A stretch of 64,000 nucleotides of DNA from Chiloscyllium plagiosum (GCF_004010195.1 NC_057752.1:15141585-15205584); one strand, 5' to 3'; shown: positions 26,417 to 39,974, numbered from the stretch's first letter. Notes: generated from the letters alone by a model not told the origin. Made by a program: numbers and translations.

Positions 26417-27901
26417 TGACCAAACAGGTGTATGAGGATAAAGCGGTTAATGTGATGTGTATGGATTTCAGTAAGGTATTTGATAACGTTCCCCACAGTA
26501 TGCTATTGCACAAAATACAGAAGCAATGGATTGAGGGTGATTTAGTGGTTTGGATCAGAAATTGGCTAGCTGAAAGAAGACAGGTTGATGGGAAATATTA
26601 ATCCTGGAGTACAGTTATTCATCGTGTACCGCACAGGGTCTGTTTTGGGTCCACTGCTGTTTGTCATTTTTATAAATGATCTGGATGAGAGCATGGATGG
26701 ATGGGTTAGTAAATTTGCGCATGACACTAAGGTCAGTGGAATTGTGGAATAGTGCAAAAGGATGTTGTAGGTTCCAGAGGGACATAGATAAGCTGCAGAG
26801 CTGGGATGAGAGGTGGCAAATGGAGTTTAATGTGGAAAAATGTGAGGTGATTCACTTTGGATGGAGCAACAGGAATGAAGAGTACTGGGCTAATGGTAAG
26901 ATTCTTGGTAGTGTAGATGAGCAGAAAGATCTCGGTGTCCATGTGCATAGATCCCTGAAAATTGCCACCCAGGTTGCTGGGGTTATTAAGAAGGCATACA
27001 GTGTGTGAGCCTTTATTGGTAGAGGGATTGAGTTTTGGAGCCATGTGGTCATGCTGCAGCTGCACAAAACTCTGGTGTAGCTGCACTTGGACTATTGTGT
27101 ACAGTTGTGGTCACCACATTATAGGAATGATGTGGAGGCATTGGAAAGGGTTCAGAGGAGATTTACTGGAATGTTGCCTGGTATGGAGGGTAGGTCTTGA
27201 TTAGATTACTTACAATGTGGAAACAGGCCTTTTGGCCCAAGTCCACACCGACCCTCTGAAGAGCAATCCACCCAGACCCATTCCCCTACATTTACCCCTT
27301 CACCTTACACTACGGGCAATTTAGCATGGCCAATTCACCTAACCTGCACATCTTTGGACTGTGGGAGGAAACCGGAGCACCCGGAGGAAACCCACGCAGA
27401 CACGGGGAGAATGTGCAAACTCCACGCATACAGTTGCCCGAGGTGGGAATTGAACCTGGGTCTCTGGCGCTGTGAGGCAGCAGTGCTAACCACTGTGCCA
27501 AAAAAGTGAGAGACTTGAGGCTGTTTTTGTTAGAGAGAAGAAGGTTGAGAGCTGACTTAATTGAGACATGTAAGATAATTAGAGGGTTAGATAGGGTGGA
27601 TAGGGAGAGCCTTTTTCCTTGGATGGCAATGGCTAGCATGAGGAGGCATAGCTTTAAATCGAGGGGTGATACATATAGGACAGATGTCAGAGGTAGTTTC
27701 TTTGCTCAGAGTAGTAGTGGAATGCACTATCTGCAACAGTTGTAGACTCGCCAACATTACGGGCATTTAAATGGTCACTGGATAAACATATGGATGAGAA
27801 TCGAATAGTGTAGGTTAGATGGGCTTCAGATTGGTTCCACAGGTGGGTGTGACATTGAGGGCCGAAGGGCCTGTACTGTGCTGTAATGTTCTATGTTCTA
27901 T
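26414..27901 (+). mobile_element. 5'-truncated CR1 LINE fused to the SBNO1 retrocopy; interrupted by an HE1 SINE
   Basis: Starts VTKQVYEDKAVNVMCMDFSKVFDNVPH immediately after the SBNO1 sequence; ends gttctatgttctat. Confidence 0.9.
27199..27500 (-). mobile_element. HE1-type V-SINE nested in CR1
   Basis: gattagattac tail and tRNA head on the minus strand. Confidence 0.9.
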
Positions 27902-29288
27902 TTTCCAAGTTCTAACCCCCTTTCTGCTTCAGACCGGCACTCAGCTGCTCCAAGGTAACTGGCTGGATTAACAGAGAATTCCTGAAGAAGGGCTTATGCC
28001 CGAAACGTCGATTCTCCTGTTCCCTGGATGCTGACTGACCTGCTGCACTGTTCCAGCAACACATTTTCAGCAAAGAACATTTACAGTCCAGGAACAGGCC
28101 CTTCGATCCTCCAAGTCTGAGCCGATCCAAATCTACTCTCTAAACCTATCGCCTAATTCCTAAGCATTTGTATCCTTCTGCTCCTCACCTACTCCCTGTT
28201 GCCTCTACATCTTTCCATAATCTGTATACCTATTTGTTCTTCTACCTCACACTCACTGTTGGGAGGCCTGTAATACAGCCCCAACAATGTAACTGCACCC
28301 TTCTTATTTCTCAGCTCCACCCATAATGCCTCACTACCCAAGCCCTCCATAGTGTCCTCCTTTAGCACAGCCGTGATATTACCCCTGACCAGCAATACAA
28401 CTCCTCCCCCCCCTTTTTACTTCCCTCCTGTCCTGTGTGAAGCATCTATATCCTGGAACATTCAGTTACCAATCATGCCCTTCCTTCAACCAAGTCTCTG
28501 TGATTTGTAAGGGATTGCCTCCATCGTGCTGGTCTCCGTCCGGCACTTGCTGCCTGCATGATACTCCGGGGCTGCTTCACCGTGTGCTGCTGCTCAGCTG
28601 CCTTTATTATATGATGCGGTGTTCCTATTTTACTAATGCATTGTGTCCCCTCCCCTTGCTGAACTTCTTTAAACTCCTCCCAACGCCTGTAGCAAACCCT
28701 CCCACAACTATCCCATCTGTAGAGCTCCCACCTTCCCCAGAAATGGTTTCAGTGATCCAGGAATATAAAGCCCTCCCACATTAGCTCTTGACCCAGGCAT
28801 TCATCTACTGTATTCTCCTGTTTCTGTACTCACTAACCCATGGCACTGGGAGTAATCCAGAGATTACAACCTTTCAGTACCTAATTTTAGTCTGCTCCCA
28901 GTTCCCTGAATTCTTGACCTCATCCCTCATTCTACCTATATCATTGATACCAACATGTACCATGATGTCGTCATCTTCAGCCTGCCCTGCAGCTATTCAG
29001 TGACATCCCTGGCCCTTGCACCAGTGAGGCAATACACCATCCTGGAGTGCAGTCTGCGGCCGCTGAAATCCTTGTCTGTTCTCCGAACTAAGGAATCCCC
29101 TATCACGATCACTCCAGCTTTCTTCTTCTTCCCCTCCTGTACAGTAAGGTCACTTGTGGTGTCAGAAGTTTAGCTCTGTCTGCACTCCCTTGAGGAACTA
29201 GCGCTGTCATCAGCTTCTGGAAAGGAAAATTAATTTGAGAGTGGGACCCCAGGGGTCTCCTGCTATACCTGCCTGTTTCTCTTTGACT

Positions 29289-30146
29289 AGTTTATGGGCC
29301 TCCTTCTTCAAGAACGTACAACCCAGATGGCCTCCTTCTTCAAGGACCGCAATTTCCCCCCCGACGTGGTCGACGATGCCCTCCACCGCATCTCTTCCAC
29401 TTCCCGCTCCTCCGCCCTTGAACCCCGCACCTCCAACCGCCACCAGGACAGAACCCCACTGGTCCTCACCTACCACCCCACCAACCTCCATGTACAGCGC
29501 ATCATCCGCCGTCACTTCCGCCACCTCCAAACGGACCCCACCACCAAGGATATATTTCCCTCCCCTCCCCTACCAGCACCCCGTAAAGACCACTCCCTCC
29601 GTGACTCCCCCGTCAGANNNNNNNNNNNNNNNNNNNNNNNNNNNNNNNNNNNNNNNNNNNNNNNNNNNNNNNNNNNNNNNNNNNNNNNNNNNNNNNNNNN
29701 NNNNNNNNNNNNNNNNNNNNNNNNNNNNNNNNNNNNNNNNNNNNNNNNNNNNNNNNNNNNNNNNNNNNNNNNNNNNNNNNNNNNNNNNNNNNNNNNNNNN
29801 NNNNNNNNNNNNNNNNNNNNNNNNNNNNNNNNNNNNNNNNNNNNNNNNNNNNNNNNNNNNNNNNNNNNNNNNNNNNNNNNNNNNNNNNNNNNNNNNNNNN
29901 NNNNNNNNNNNNNNNNNNNNNNNNNNNNNNNNNNNNNNNNNNNNNNNNNNNNNNNNNCCTTGACCTCTTTCCACCTATCGCATTTCCGACGTCCCTCCCC
30001 CAAGTCCCTCCTCCCTACCTTCTATCTTAGCCTGCTGGACAAACTTTCCTCATTCCTGAAGAAGGGCTTATGCCCGAAACGTCGATTCTGCTGTTCCCTG
30101 GATGCTGCCTGACCTGCTGCGCTTTTCCAGCAACACATTTTCAGCT
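29289..30146 (+). mobile_element. Young Penelope-like element spanning an assembly gap, hammerhead core 30056-30083
   Basis: QMASFFKDRNFPPDVVDDALHRIS...RTPLVLTYHPTNL; 16-bp TSD ctgtttctctttgact at 29273-29288 and 30147-30162. Confidence 0.88.
29618..29957. other. Assembly gap (N run)
   Basis: Ns. Confidence 1.
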
Positions 30147-30249
30147 CTGTTTCTCTTTGACTGCCTGGTGGTCACCCATTCCCTTCTTTCTTCCCGTCCC
30201 TTGAGCTGCAATGTGACCACCTCTCTAAATGTGCTCTTCATATAGGTAC

Positions 30250-32495
30250 CTAGGACTTCAATGTTGTGGCCATTTCGGAGACATGGATAGAGCAGGGACA
30301 GGAATGGTTGTTGCAGATTCTGGGATTAGGATGTTTCAGTAAGAACAGAGAACAAAGAGGGGGAAGTGTGGCATTGTTAGTCAAGGACAGTATTACGGTA
30401 GGAGAAAAGATGTTTGAGGACTCGTCTACTGATGTAGTATGGGCTGAGGTCAGAAACAGGAAAGGAGATGTCACCCTGTTGGGAGTTTTCTTTCGGCTTC
30501 CGAATAGATCCAGAGATGGAAAGGATAGCAAAGGTGATTCTCGATAGGAGTGAGAGAGACAGGGTAGTTGTTATGGGGGGCTTTAACTTACCAAATATTG
30601 ACTGGAAATACTACAGTTTGAGTAATTTTAGATGGGTCAGTTTTTGTGCAATGCGTGCAGGAGGGTTTCCTGACACGGTATGTAGACAGGCCAACAAGGG
30701 GCGAGGCCACATTGGATTTGGTACTGGGTAATGAACTTGGGCAGGTGTTAGATTTGGAGGTAGGTGAGCACTTTGGCGATAGTGACCACAATTTGGTTGT
30801 GTTTACTTTAATGATGGAAAGGGATAGGTATATACCGCAGGGCAAGAGTTATCACTGGGGGAAGGGCAATTATGATGCGATTAGGCAAGATTTAGGATGC
30901 ATAGGATGGGGAAGGAAACTGCAGTATTCAAGGAACAGCTACTGCGTGTCCTTGATAAGTATATACCTGTCAGGCAGGAAGGAAGTGGTTGAGCAAAGGA
31001 ACCATGGTTTACCAAAGAAGTTGAATCTCTTGTCAAGAGGAAGAAGGCGGCTTATGTTAGGATGAGACGTGAAGGCTCAGTTTGGGCACTTGAGAGTTAC
31101 GAGTTAGCCAGGAAGGACTGAAAGAGAGCTAAGAAGAGCCGGGAGGGGATGTTTGAAGTCATTAGCAGACAGGATTAAGGAAAACCCTAAAGCTTGGTTC
31201 GGCCACTGTTGGAATATTGCATGCAATTCTGGTCTCCTTCCTATCGGAAAGATGTTGTGAAACCTGAAAGGGTTCAGAAGAGATGTACAAGGATGTTGCC
31301 AGGGTTGGAGGCTTTGAGCTATAGGGAGAGGTTGAATAGGCTTGGGCTGTTTTCCCTGGAGTGTGGGAGGCTGAGGGGTGACCTTACAGAGTTTATAAAA
31401 TCATAAGGGGCATGGATAAGATAAATGGTCAAAATCTCTTCTCTGGGGTGGGGGAGTCTAGAATTAAGGGAGCATGGGTTTGTGGTGAGAGAGCAAGGAT
31501 ATAAAACAGACCTGAGGGGCATCATCTTCACACAGAGGGTGGTGTGTGTATGGAATGAGCTGCCAGAGGAAATGGTGGAGGCTGGTACAATTGCAGCATT
31601 TAAAAGGAATCTGGATGGATGAATAGGAAGGATTTGGAGGGATATGGGCCGGATGCTGGCAAGGGGGACTAGATTGGGTTGGGATATCTGGTCGGCATGG
31701 ATGGGTTGGACCGAAGGGTCCGTTTCCGTGCTATACATCTCTATGACTCTAAGTGAGAGATAATTCACTTTGGAAGGAGCAGTGGGAATAAAGAGTACTG
31801 GGCTAATGGTAAGATTCTTGGCAGTGTAAATGAGCAGAGAGAACCCGGTTTCCATGTGCATAGAGCCCTGAAAGTTGCTACCCAGGTTGATAGGGTTGTT
31901 GAGAAGGCAATACAGTGTGTTAGCTTTTATTGGAAGAGGGATTGAGTTTCGAAGCCACAAGGTCATATTGCAGCTATACAAAACTCTGATGCAGCCGCAT
32001 TTGGAATATTGTATACAGTTCTGGTCACCGCATTATAAGAAGGATGTGGAAGCTTTGGAAAGTGGGCAAAGGAGATTTACTAGGATGTTGCCTGGTATGG
32101 AGGGAAGGTCTTATGAGGAAATCCTGAGCGACTTGAGGTTGTTTTCATTAGAGATAAGGTTGAGAGGTGACTTAATTGAGACATATAAGATAATCAGAGG
32201 CTAAGATAGTGTGGACAGTGAGAGTCTTTTTCCTCTGATGGTGATGGCTAGCATGAGGGGACATAGCTTTAAATTGAGGGTTGATAGATATGGGACAGAT
32301 GTCAGAGGTAGGTTCTTTACTCAAAGAGTAGTAATGGAACTCCCTGCCTGCAGCAGTAGTAGACTTGCCAACATTAAGGGCATTAAAATGGTCACTGGAT
32401 AAACATATGGATGAAAATGGAATAGTGTAGGATAGATTAGTTTCACAGTTTGGCGCAACATCGAGGGCCTGAACTGCGTTGTAATGTTCTATGTA
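30250..32495 (+). mobile_element. CR1 LINE fragments (endonuclease plus two RT/3' ends)
   Basis: AISETWI, GDSDHN and RPLLEYCMQFWSP motifs. Confidence 0.85.
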
Positions 32496-32894
32496 ACTTT
32501 CAGTCTTGTGGATGTGCCACAGTGTCTCCAGCCACTGCTCAAACTCTGAAACACAGAGCTTTTGTGTACTTTTGAACTGGAGCCCAGTGCTCTCTGGGGA
32601 GAAAGAGAATTTGGAAATCAAATATGTTTTGAGTAAGGTATTCATGCGTCATATCACTGACAGTTAACTTGCGCTGATGAAGAAGGTTACTGACTGAATT
32701 CTCAACTGTGGGCACAATTTGATAGTATCTGGGCAACAGTATAAAATTGATGTTCACAAATTGAGAGACACACCTCCCAGTTGTCAAAGTGTTGAGACTT
32801 GAATTGAGAATGCTCATTTCTTTTGCTGCTCTGTTTACACTGCATAGCATCTCTCCCTCTGCAATGCAAATTTTCATTTGAAAATCTCTTTCAG

Positions 32895-33029
32895 GTATTT
32901 TTTACTCGAAATGGAAAGATAATTGGCAGGAAGGAAGCCCCAGTGCCATCTGGAGGATTCTACCCCACCATTGGAATGCTTAGCAATGGAGAGAAGGTTA
33001 AAGTTGACCTGCATCCTTTAAGCGGCTGA
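32895..33029 (+). CDS. SPRYD3: SPRYD3 last coding exon (VFFTRNGKIIGRKEAPVPSGGFYPTIGMLSNGEKVKVDLHPLSG*)
   Basis: Acceptor atctctttcag|GTA, TGA stop at 33027-33029. Near-identical to the human SPRYD3 C-terminus as I recall it (VFFTRNGKIIGKKDAVVPSGGFFPTIGMLSCGEKVKVDLHPLSG). Confidence 0.95.
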   Translation, partial: VFFTRNGKIIGRKEAPVPSGGFYPTIGMLSNGEKVKVDLHPLSG

Positions 33030-35700
33030 GCTTTCAGTCTGCTTCTTCCTGAACACAGCATGTTCTTCTTCCTACTGACATCTGCTGGCTGTGATGGAGC
33101 CTGTAATTGCACAGAATGCGTGCAGAATTGACCATGATATTTGGCCATTTTCTGTAACTCTGCAATTCCATTGCTGTATTTAACAAATGGTTACATAGGA
33201 CATGTCTATTTTGATTGCTTTTGTTCATTATCTGTTAAATCCTGCTTTGAAACACTAAAAAAACCATGAATACTTTCAAATCTTTTGATGTTACTATAGG
33301 CCAATATTAAGTGATTACCTCAATTACCCGCCCTTGGCATTTGGTAAGAACACTCCCTGATGCTGCTCTCTGCATGTACATCCAGAGCTGTTAAAATATC
33401 AATAGCAGACAGCAAATTGTAAGCTGATCAGAATTAGTTTTATCCTTGTTTGCTGTCTGCAAGCTGCTTTTGAAAGAATATTCTTGAGGGATCTGCTCCT
33501 GTCTGTTAGTACAGCCCTTAAGTGTTCTATAATCCGCAGAGTGTACAAATGAGCAAAGTCTTTTTCTGGGATCCCAGCATCATCAGAGAGTATGCAGATG
33601 TGAGCTGTCATCTCCTCACACTAATTTCTGTATAGAGTGCCTTACCCACACTACTGACGGGGCTGCTCTTCTGACCCTGTTATTACCATCGATGTGGCAG
33701 TAATTACCAGCTCACAGTAAGGTGAGTGATCCTGGTGGGAAATATCCCATGAATACTTTCCCTTTTAGACTGGTATTGATCTTTCTGCAGCAAATGAGCA
33801 TTCCTGTTCCTTCCTTCAATTCCATTGCCGTCAGCAGTCAATCTGCATTCTGGAAAAAAAATTTGCCAGTAGTACGCTGTTCCCCAGCTTATGGTCCTTG
33901 TTATTTCTGTGGTGCATCTCCACTGCACTGGGTAAGATGGCAAGCCTCAGTCAGGGCATTTAAGTGCGCAGCCTGTGGATATAGCTACTGTGCATTGTAC
34001 ATTAAAAACACTGGGGGGGTCTTCTGTTCACTGAAGAAGTATTGGGGAAGTATGGTATGATACAATCCTGAAAATAGCTCAACTCCATGTGTTGTTGGGG
34101 TGTCATTCAATAGAAGAGGAAAGACATTGAACAATGCCAGCAATTGGAGAAATGTTGGTTCTCCAAACTTTGCTGAGTTCAGATGCTTTTCATGTGTGCA
34201 AAATGTTCTCTTCTCACCCCTTACTTTTCATGCTGTACTCAGCCCCTGTATACAGAATTTTATAAAATAATTCCACTCAGCCCATTCGCATCTTCCCCAT
34301 ATCAAATGAACTTTTTGAAAGTTTTAAATCTGCAAGTTTTCTTCAGTTTTAAATGTTGCAATGTGCTGAATATAATGTGTTGGCAAAGTTTCTCAAGCCT
34401 TTTGTCCACTTTGCTCATGCCACTGTTCCTGTTGTTGTGTGCTCAATTTGCCCCATTTCCTAAGGCCTTTTGCCCTTTCAGCTTTGGCAAGTTTTCCTTG
34501 GAAGCTCACATCATGAATAAGCGATAACAGTTTTTTTTCTTAATCTGTGGAACTGTAATTCCCATGAATAAGGTTTTCAAGTTTGAGAATGAAATATTTT
34601 GAAAGAGTGGAAAGTTTCAGGTCGGAACATGTGTGGTATTCAAGTGCCTTTCAGGTCTCTTCCAGACTTTGTTTGCATTGCATCATATACAATGAAACTT
34701 GGGATAAAGTGCGGTAGTGTTCTGCATCCGAACCACATGAAAAACAGGTGAATGCTGAATGGTGAGATGTGGAGTTCTTTTGAATTCTGAGGAAGAGCTA
34801 TCTTAATTCAGGAGATAGGCTTTCCCTCTTTTCCACTCCAGCACATACTTCCAAAATGACCTCAATAATCAGAATTGTACATGGATAAAACAGCACATGC
34901 CATAAGTATACTATAGAGACAAATGAGTTAGAGGAAATGCTGCAGGTATCAGGGATGCCATTCAAATGTTTAAAAACAAGATGCTCGCCTTTAAGTTCTA
35001 CATTGTGAAGTGAAGTGAGCACTGCTAAAGGGCTCATGGTCCAACTCCTATGTCCTTTTTGTTCTATTGCCCAAATTTCATTTCTTTGATTTGGTATTCT
35101 CTGCAGCTTCCCACTCTTCCTCCTGCTTGTTTGAGGTCAATGGTAACTTTGTCCAGTTATGGACCAATGTCCAGCAGTAACACGCTTTACGTTTTGTAAA
35201 TGGATTTGGTGTTCGCCTCTCCCTCCCAGCCAGTAAACAGATGTTTATCTTGTCTGAGTTGGAGCTGAATTTGATGATCCACATCACAATAGACACATGA
35301 AGAGGGAGGTGTCGGTCAGCCATCCGCTTTACCTGCTGTATTCCCAAGCATTGCACTGAGGGAAAAGGAAAGCATTTCATTTTATGTACTATCAATGTTC
35401 GAGTGATCTCTGTAACATTGTGTGTTAAACTAAGGTTTCCTGAAAGGGGTGAAACCAGAGTTCAAAGTTATATAAAACAAAAGGTCCAATTTCTCCCCAC
35501 CTGATCTTTGATATAATTTGAGTGATTGTAAATTGTAAATTGCTTATTGATTGTGGATATTTTTGAGAAATGACCTTTGGCATGTGGCAGTCTCCTACCA
35601 ATTATTTTGTACCAATATCAACCTTGTGCACTATATATCAAAAATATGTACATAATTCAGATGTTTATATGGCTTAATTAAAATAGATATTTCCCTAATA
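33030..35700 (+). other. SPRYD3: Probable SPRYD3 3'UTR
   Basis: AT-rich stretch with no recognisable TE after the stop codon, ending in ATTAAA (35677-35682) followed by GT-rich gtgtgttcatttgt at 35701. Confidence 0.65.
35677..35682 (+). terminator. Candidate polyadenylation signal ATTAAA of SPRYD3
   Basis: ATTAAA with upstream TGTA motifs and a downstream GT/T-rich element; TEs resume about 100 bp later. Confidence 0.55.
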
Positions 35701-36617
35701 GTGTGTTCATTTGTCCCCCAATTGCTTGTGATTCTTATTATTGGCTCTGCTATATTTTATAATAAGGATACAAGGCTGTTAACATGGACTCTGAGAGCTT
35801 GGCTTAGCTGGCCATGGGTGCAAATCTCATTCTGAACAATTGCACATGCAATCCAGGTCAACATGCCCCTGAGGAAGCGCTTCCCTGTCAGAGATGCTGA
35901 CTTTCAAGTGAGATGTTAAGCCAAGGCTCTCTCTGTCTCTCGGGTGGATGTTAAAAATCCCCATGATAATTTTCAGAGGATTTATCTCCAGTATTCCTCA
36001 CCACACATCACTAAAAATGGTGGTCCGACCACAAGCCATGGTCACATTGCTGTGCATAGACTGGCGACTGAATGTTACACATGACAACAGTGTGTGCACC
36101 TCAAAATACACTTCATTTGCCACTGTAACAGCTCTCACTCCTAGGATTGCGAAGAGATTCATGCTTTTTGGGTGAATACTCAATCTGTGTATCTTTATTG
36201 TTAGATATGTCTATACTGCTTAGTTTGAAAGCTTATTCATGAAGCAAAAATACTTTGCAAATCGACATAACATCTATTCACAAAAATGGATTGTTCAGAA
36301 AACACCCTGAATTTTCAGAATATTCAGGAGCAGCACCTGACTGCATTCAATGTTTTCTCTTTTCAAGGGCACTTTTAAAGAGTTTTAGCTAATTTTGGAG
36401 AGAGCTTGTACCAGAATGAAAAATGGGAGAGGAGAAATAAGGGGCAGATAGGTGTGGGAGAGAAAAATAGTGCTAAAGAAACAGAGTTCAGAAGTAGGAG
36501 GCAAAAGGGAAACAGTCCAGATGGGTTTGGAGTGCACATGAGTGAATGCAAACCTTGTTGCAAAAGAGGAAAGATTTAGAACTTACTATTCTAGGAAAGA
36601 TTGAAGACCAAAAGAAA

Positions 36618-37215
36618 TAGAACATAAAACATTACAGCGCAATACAGGCTCTTCAGCCATTGATGTTGCGCCAACCTGTGAAATTAATCTGATTCCCATC
36701 TAACCTACACCGTTCCATTATTATCCATACGTATGTCCAATGCCCATTTAAATGCTCTTAATGTCGACAGGTCTACTACTGTTGCAGGTGGGCCGTTCCA
36801 CGCCCCTACTACTTTCTGAGTAAAGAAACTACCCCTGATATCTGTCCTAAATCTACGTCCCCTCGTGTTAGCCTTCACCATCCGAGGAAAAAGGTTCTCA
36901 CTGTTCACCCTATCTAACCCTCTGATTACCTTATACATCTCGATTAAGTCACCTCTCAACCTTCTCTCCAATGAAAACAGCCTCAGTTCTCTCAGCCTTT
37001 CCTCATAAGACCTTCCTTCCATACCAGGCAACATTCTAGTAAATTTCTCTGAACCCTTTCCAAAGCTTCTTATAATGTGGTGACCAGAACTCTACACAAT
37101 ACTCCAGGTAGGGCCTTACCAGTGTCTGTCCAGCTGAAGCATGACCTTGTGGCTATGAAACTCAATCTCTCTACCAATAAACGCCAACAAACCATCTGCC
37201 TTCTTAACAACCTTC
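36618..37215 (-). mobile_element. CR1 3' end
   Basis: MLPGMEGRSYEERLRELRLFSLERRLRGDLIE. Confidence 0.85.
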
Positions 37216-37619
37216 TTAACAGAGGCAGAAATTGACCAATCAGCCTATTGCATCTACTCTGCAATTCCATGAAATCATGGATTATCTAATAATCCTCAAA
37301 CTCCACTTTTCCTTATTCTTATTCCCATAACCCTTGATCCCCTTGCTGATACAAATCTGTCTATCACAGCCTCGAATATACACAATTACCAGCCTCAACA
37401 GCCCTCGGCAGTGAAGAATTCCACAGATTCACCGCCTACAAAGAGAAGAAATTCCTCATCATCATCTTTGTCTGAAGTGTGAGACATCAGTCCTGCCCCT
37501 CACCCCCACCATGTCTGAGATTATGCCTTCTAAATAGCCTTCTGCCACCACCCTCTGTCTCCAATCATCAAGCTAATTTTATATCCAATTGGCTAGCTCC
37601 CCCGGATCTCATATGATAT

Positions 37620-38150
37620 AGGTGAAAGTGAGGACTGCAAATTTTGGAGATTAGAATCGAAAGTGTGGTGCTGGAAAAGCACAGCAGGTCAGGCAGTATC
37701 CGAGGAGCAAGAGAGTCAACATATCGGGCAAAAGCCCTTCATCAAAAATGAGACTGAGCCAAGGAGGTGGAGAGATAAATGGGAGGGGTGTTGGGGGTGA
37801 GGGGGGAAGGAAGGTAGCTGATAGTGTGATAGGTAGATGGGGGTGGGGGTAATGGTGATAAGTCAGAGAGGAGGGTGGAGAGGATAGGCTGGAAGGAAGA
37901 TGGACAGTTAGGACAGAACATGTAGGTGGTGCCGGGTTGGAGGGTTGGATCTGGGATNNNNNNNNNNNNNNNNNNNNNNNNNNNNNNNNNNNNNNNNNNN
38001 NNNNNNNNNNNNNNNNNNNNNNNNNNNNNNNNNNNNNNNNNNNNNNNNNNGGCTCCAGCCTCATTTCTGATGCCCGAAATGCTCGGCTTTTGCCCAAAAC
38101 GTCGATTGTTGCCTGACCTGTGCTTTTCCAGCACCACACTCTTGACTCCC
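37620..38150. mobile_element. Penelope-derived insertion with inverted ends, spanning a gap
   Basis: Opposite-orientation terminal repeats flanking N run 37958-38050. Confidence 0.7.
37958..38050. other. Assembly gap (N run)
   Basis: Ns. Confidence 1.
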
Positions 38151-39974
38151 ATGTGATCTAACCTTCCTAACCAGTCTACCATGCAGGACCTTGTCAACGG
38201 CCTTGCTGAAGCCCATATAAACAATGTCTACCACTCTGTGTTCTTCTATCTTTTTGCTAACTTCTTCAAAAAAAGCTCAATCACATTTGCAAGACATGAT
38301 TTCCCATGCACAAAGCCATGCTCTCGATCTCTAATCAGTCCCTGTCTTTCCAAATGCATGTAGATTCTGTCTCTCAGAATCCCCTCCAAAGACTTAACCA
38401 CTACTGACGTCAGACTCACCGCTCTATGGATCCCTGGCTTTTCATTGCAGCCTTTCTTAAATAATGGTGCCACACTAGCCAACTGCCAGTCTTCTGGCAC
38501 CTCACCCACAACTGTCAATGATACCAATATCTCTGCAAGGGGCTCCACTAATTCTCTAATATTTCTCTATTAATTTGCTTCAATTCCACTCTCTCACTAA
38601 ACCCTGTGTTCCCCATTATTTCTGATGTTATTCATGTCCTCTTTTGTGAAGACAGAAGTGAAGTATGAATTAGTTTGTCAGCCATTTTTGTGTCCCCCAT
38701 TATAAATTCCCTGTTTATGATTGGAGGAGACCTTCATTGGTTTCCACCAATCTTTTTACATACCTTTGGAAACTTAAACAGTCTGTTCTTCAGTTCCCCA
38801 CAAGCTTACTCTCATACTCTATTTTCCCCTTCTTAACTATTCTCAATCCTCAAATCTATTTTTTGTCACGCCTTTTTTTTGCATCAAATACTATCTCTGA
38901 CTTCCCTCCTAGGCCATAACCAGTCCCTCCTAGTCACTGTTCTCTTTGTACTCTTGCACCAGACTGGAATAAACCATTTTTGCAGTTCACTCATTTGCTC
39001 CTCCAATATTCCAGGAAGCATCCCATCAGGTCCATGGGACTTATCAATCTTTACCTCCTTTAGTTGCCCAAGCATTTTTCCTCTAGTGGTAGTTATTGTA
39101 TTTACTTTCTCTCTTCCTTTGCCCCATGATTGTTTATTAAGTTTGGAGTACTGTTTGTGTCTTCTACAGTGACAACTAATGCAAAGTATGTATTTAACTC
39201 ATCTGCCTACTCTTAATTTTTATAGGTTTAAAAAAAATCTTTTGATGTCTGCCTTGATGTTACTTCTAAGTTTACTCTCAGTTTATTTTCTCCCTTTTTT
39301 TGGCCATCTTTTGTCAGTTTTTTATAACTTTCCCAATTCTCTGGATTATCACTAATCTTTACCAAATTGTGTGTTGTTCTTTCCATTTGATACTATCCTT
39401 AACTTCACTGGTTAACCACATTTGCCGTATTACCTTCCGAGAATCCTCCTTCATCATTGAGATATGTTCTTTGCTCTGCGCATGAATTATTTTCTTAAAC
39501 ATTTGCCATTGTTCCTCAACCAAAGGGAAATAGAATACCCCTGGCTTTAGGTATTGGTTGCTAACTACATCATCCATCTCCAGAGTTTGAATACTTAATG
39601 CACAGCGAGCAAACCAACATCCAGAACCTCAACCTGAGCTACAAATCTTCTCAAAACTCGTTCAATATTTGGTCATAATGATGGAACAAACAAAATAGCA
39701 TTATGCTGCAGTTAATTAAGTCGTGGGAAGGAGTTAGAAGAGCAAATTTGGAGATAAAGTATTAAAAGATGCTAGATCTACAGAGCAGTGATAATAGAGG
39801 ACTTCCATTATCTTGTAAGACTCTTGAATAGTAACTGTGTAAAGGGTACAGATGGAGAGTAATTTCTGAAATGAAGTATGTTTCAGCAGGAGAGTGTTGA
39901 GGGAACAGTGACCACAATATCATGTTTGGAATAGTTACAAAAAAGAACAAGGACAAGTCAAGCAAAAAATTGTG

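Noticed and set aside
29235..30112. ORFs of 242-272 aa
   Set aside because: They run through an N gap inside a Penelope element.
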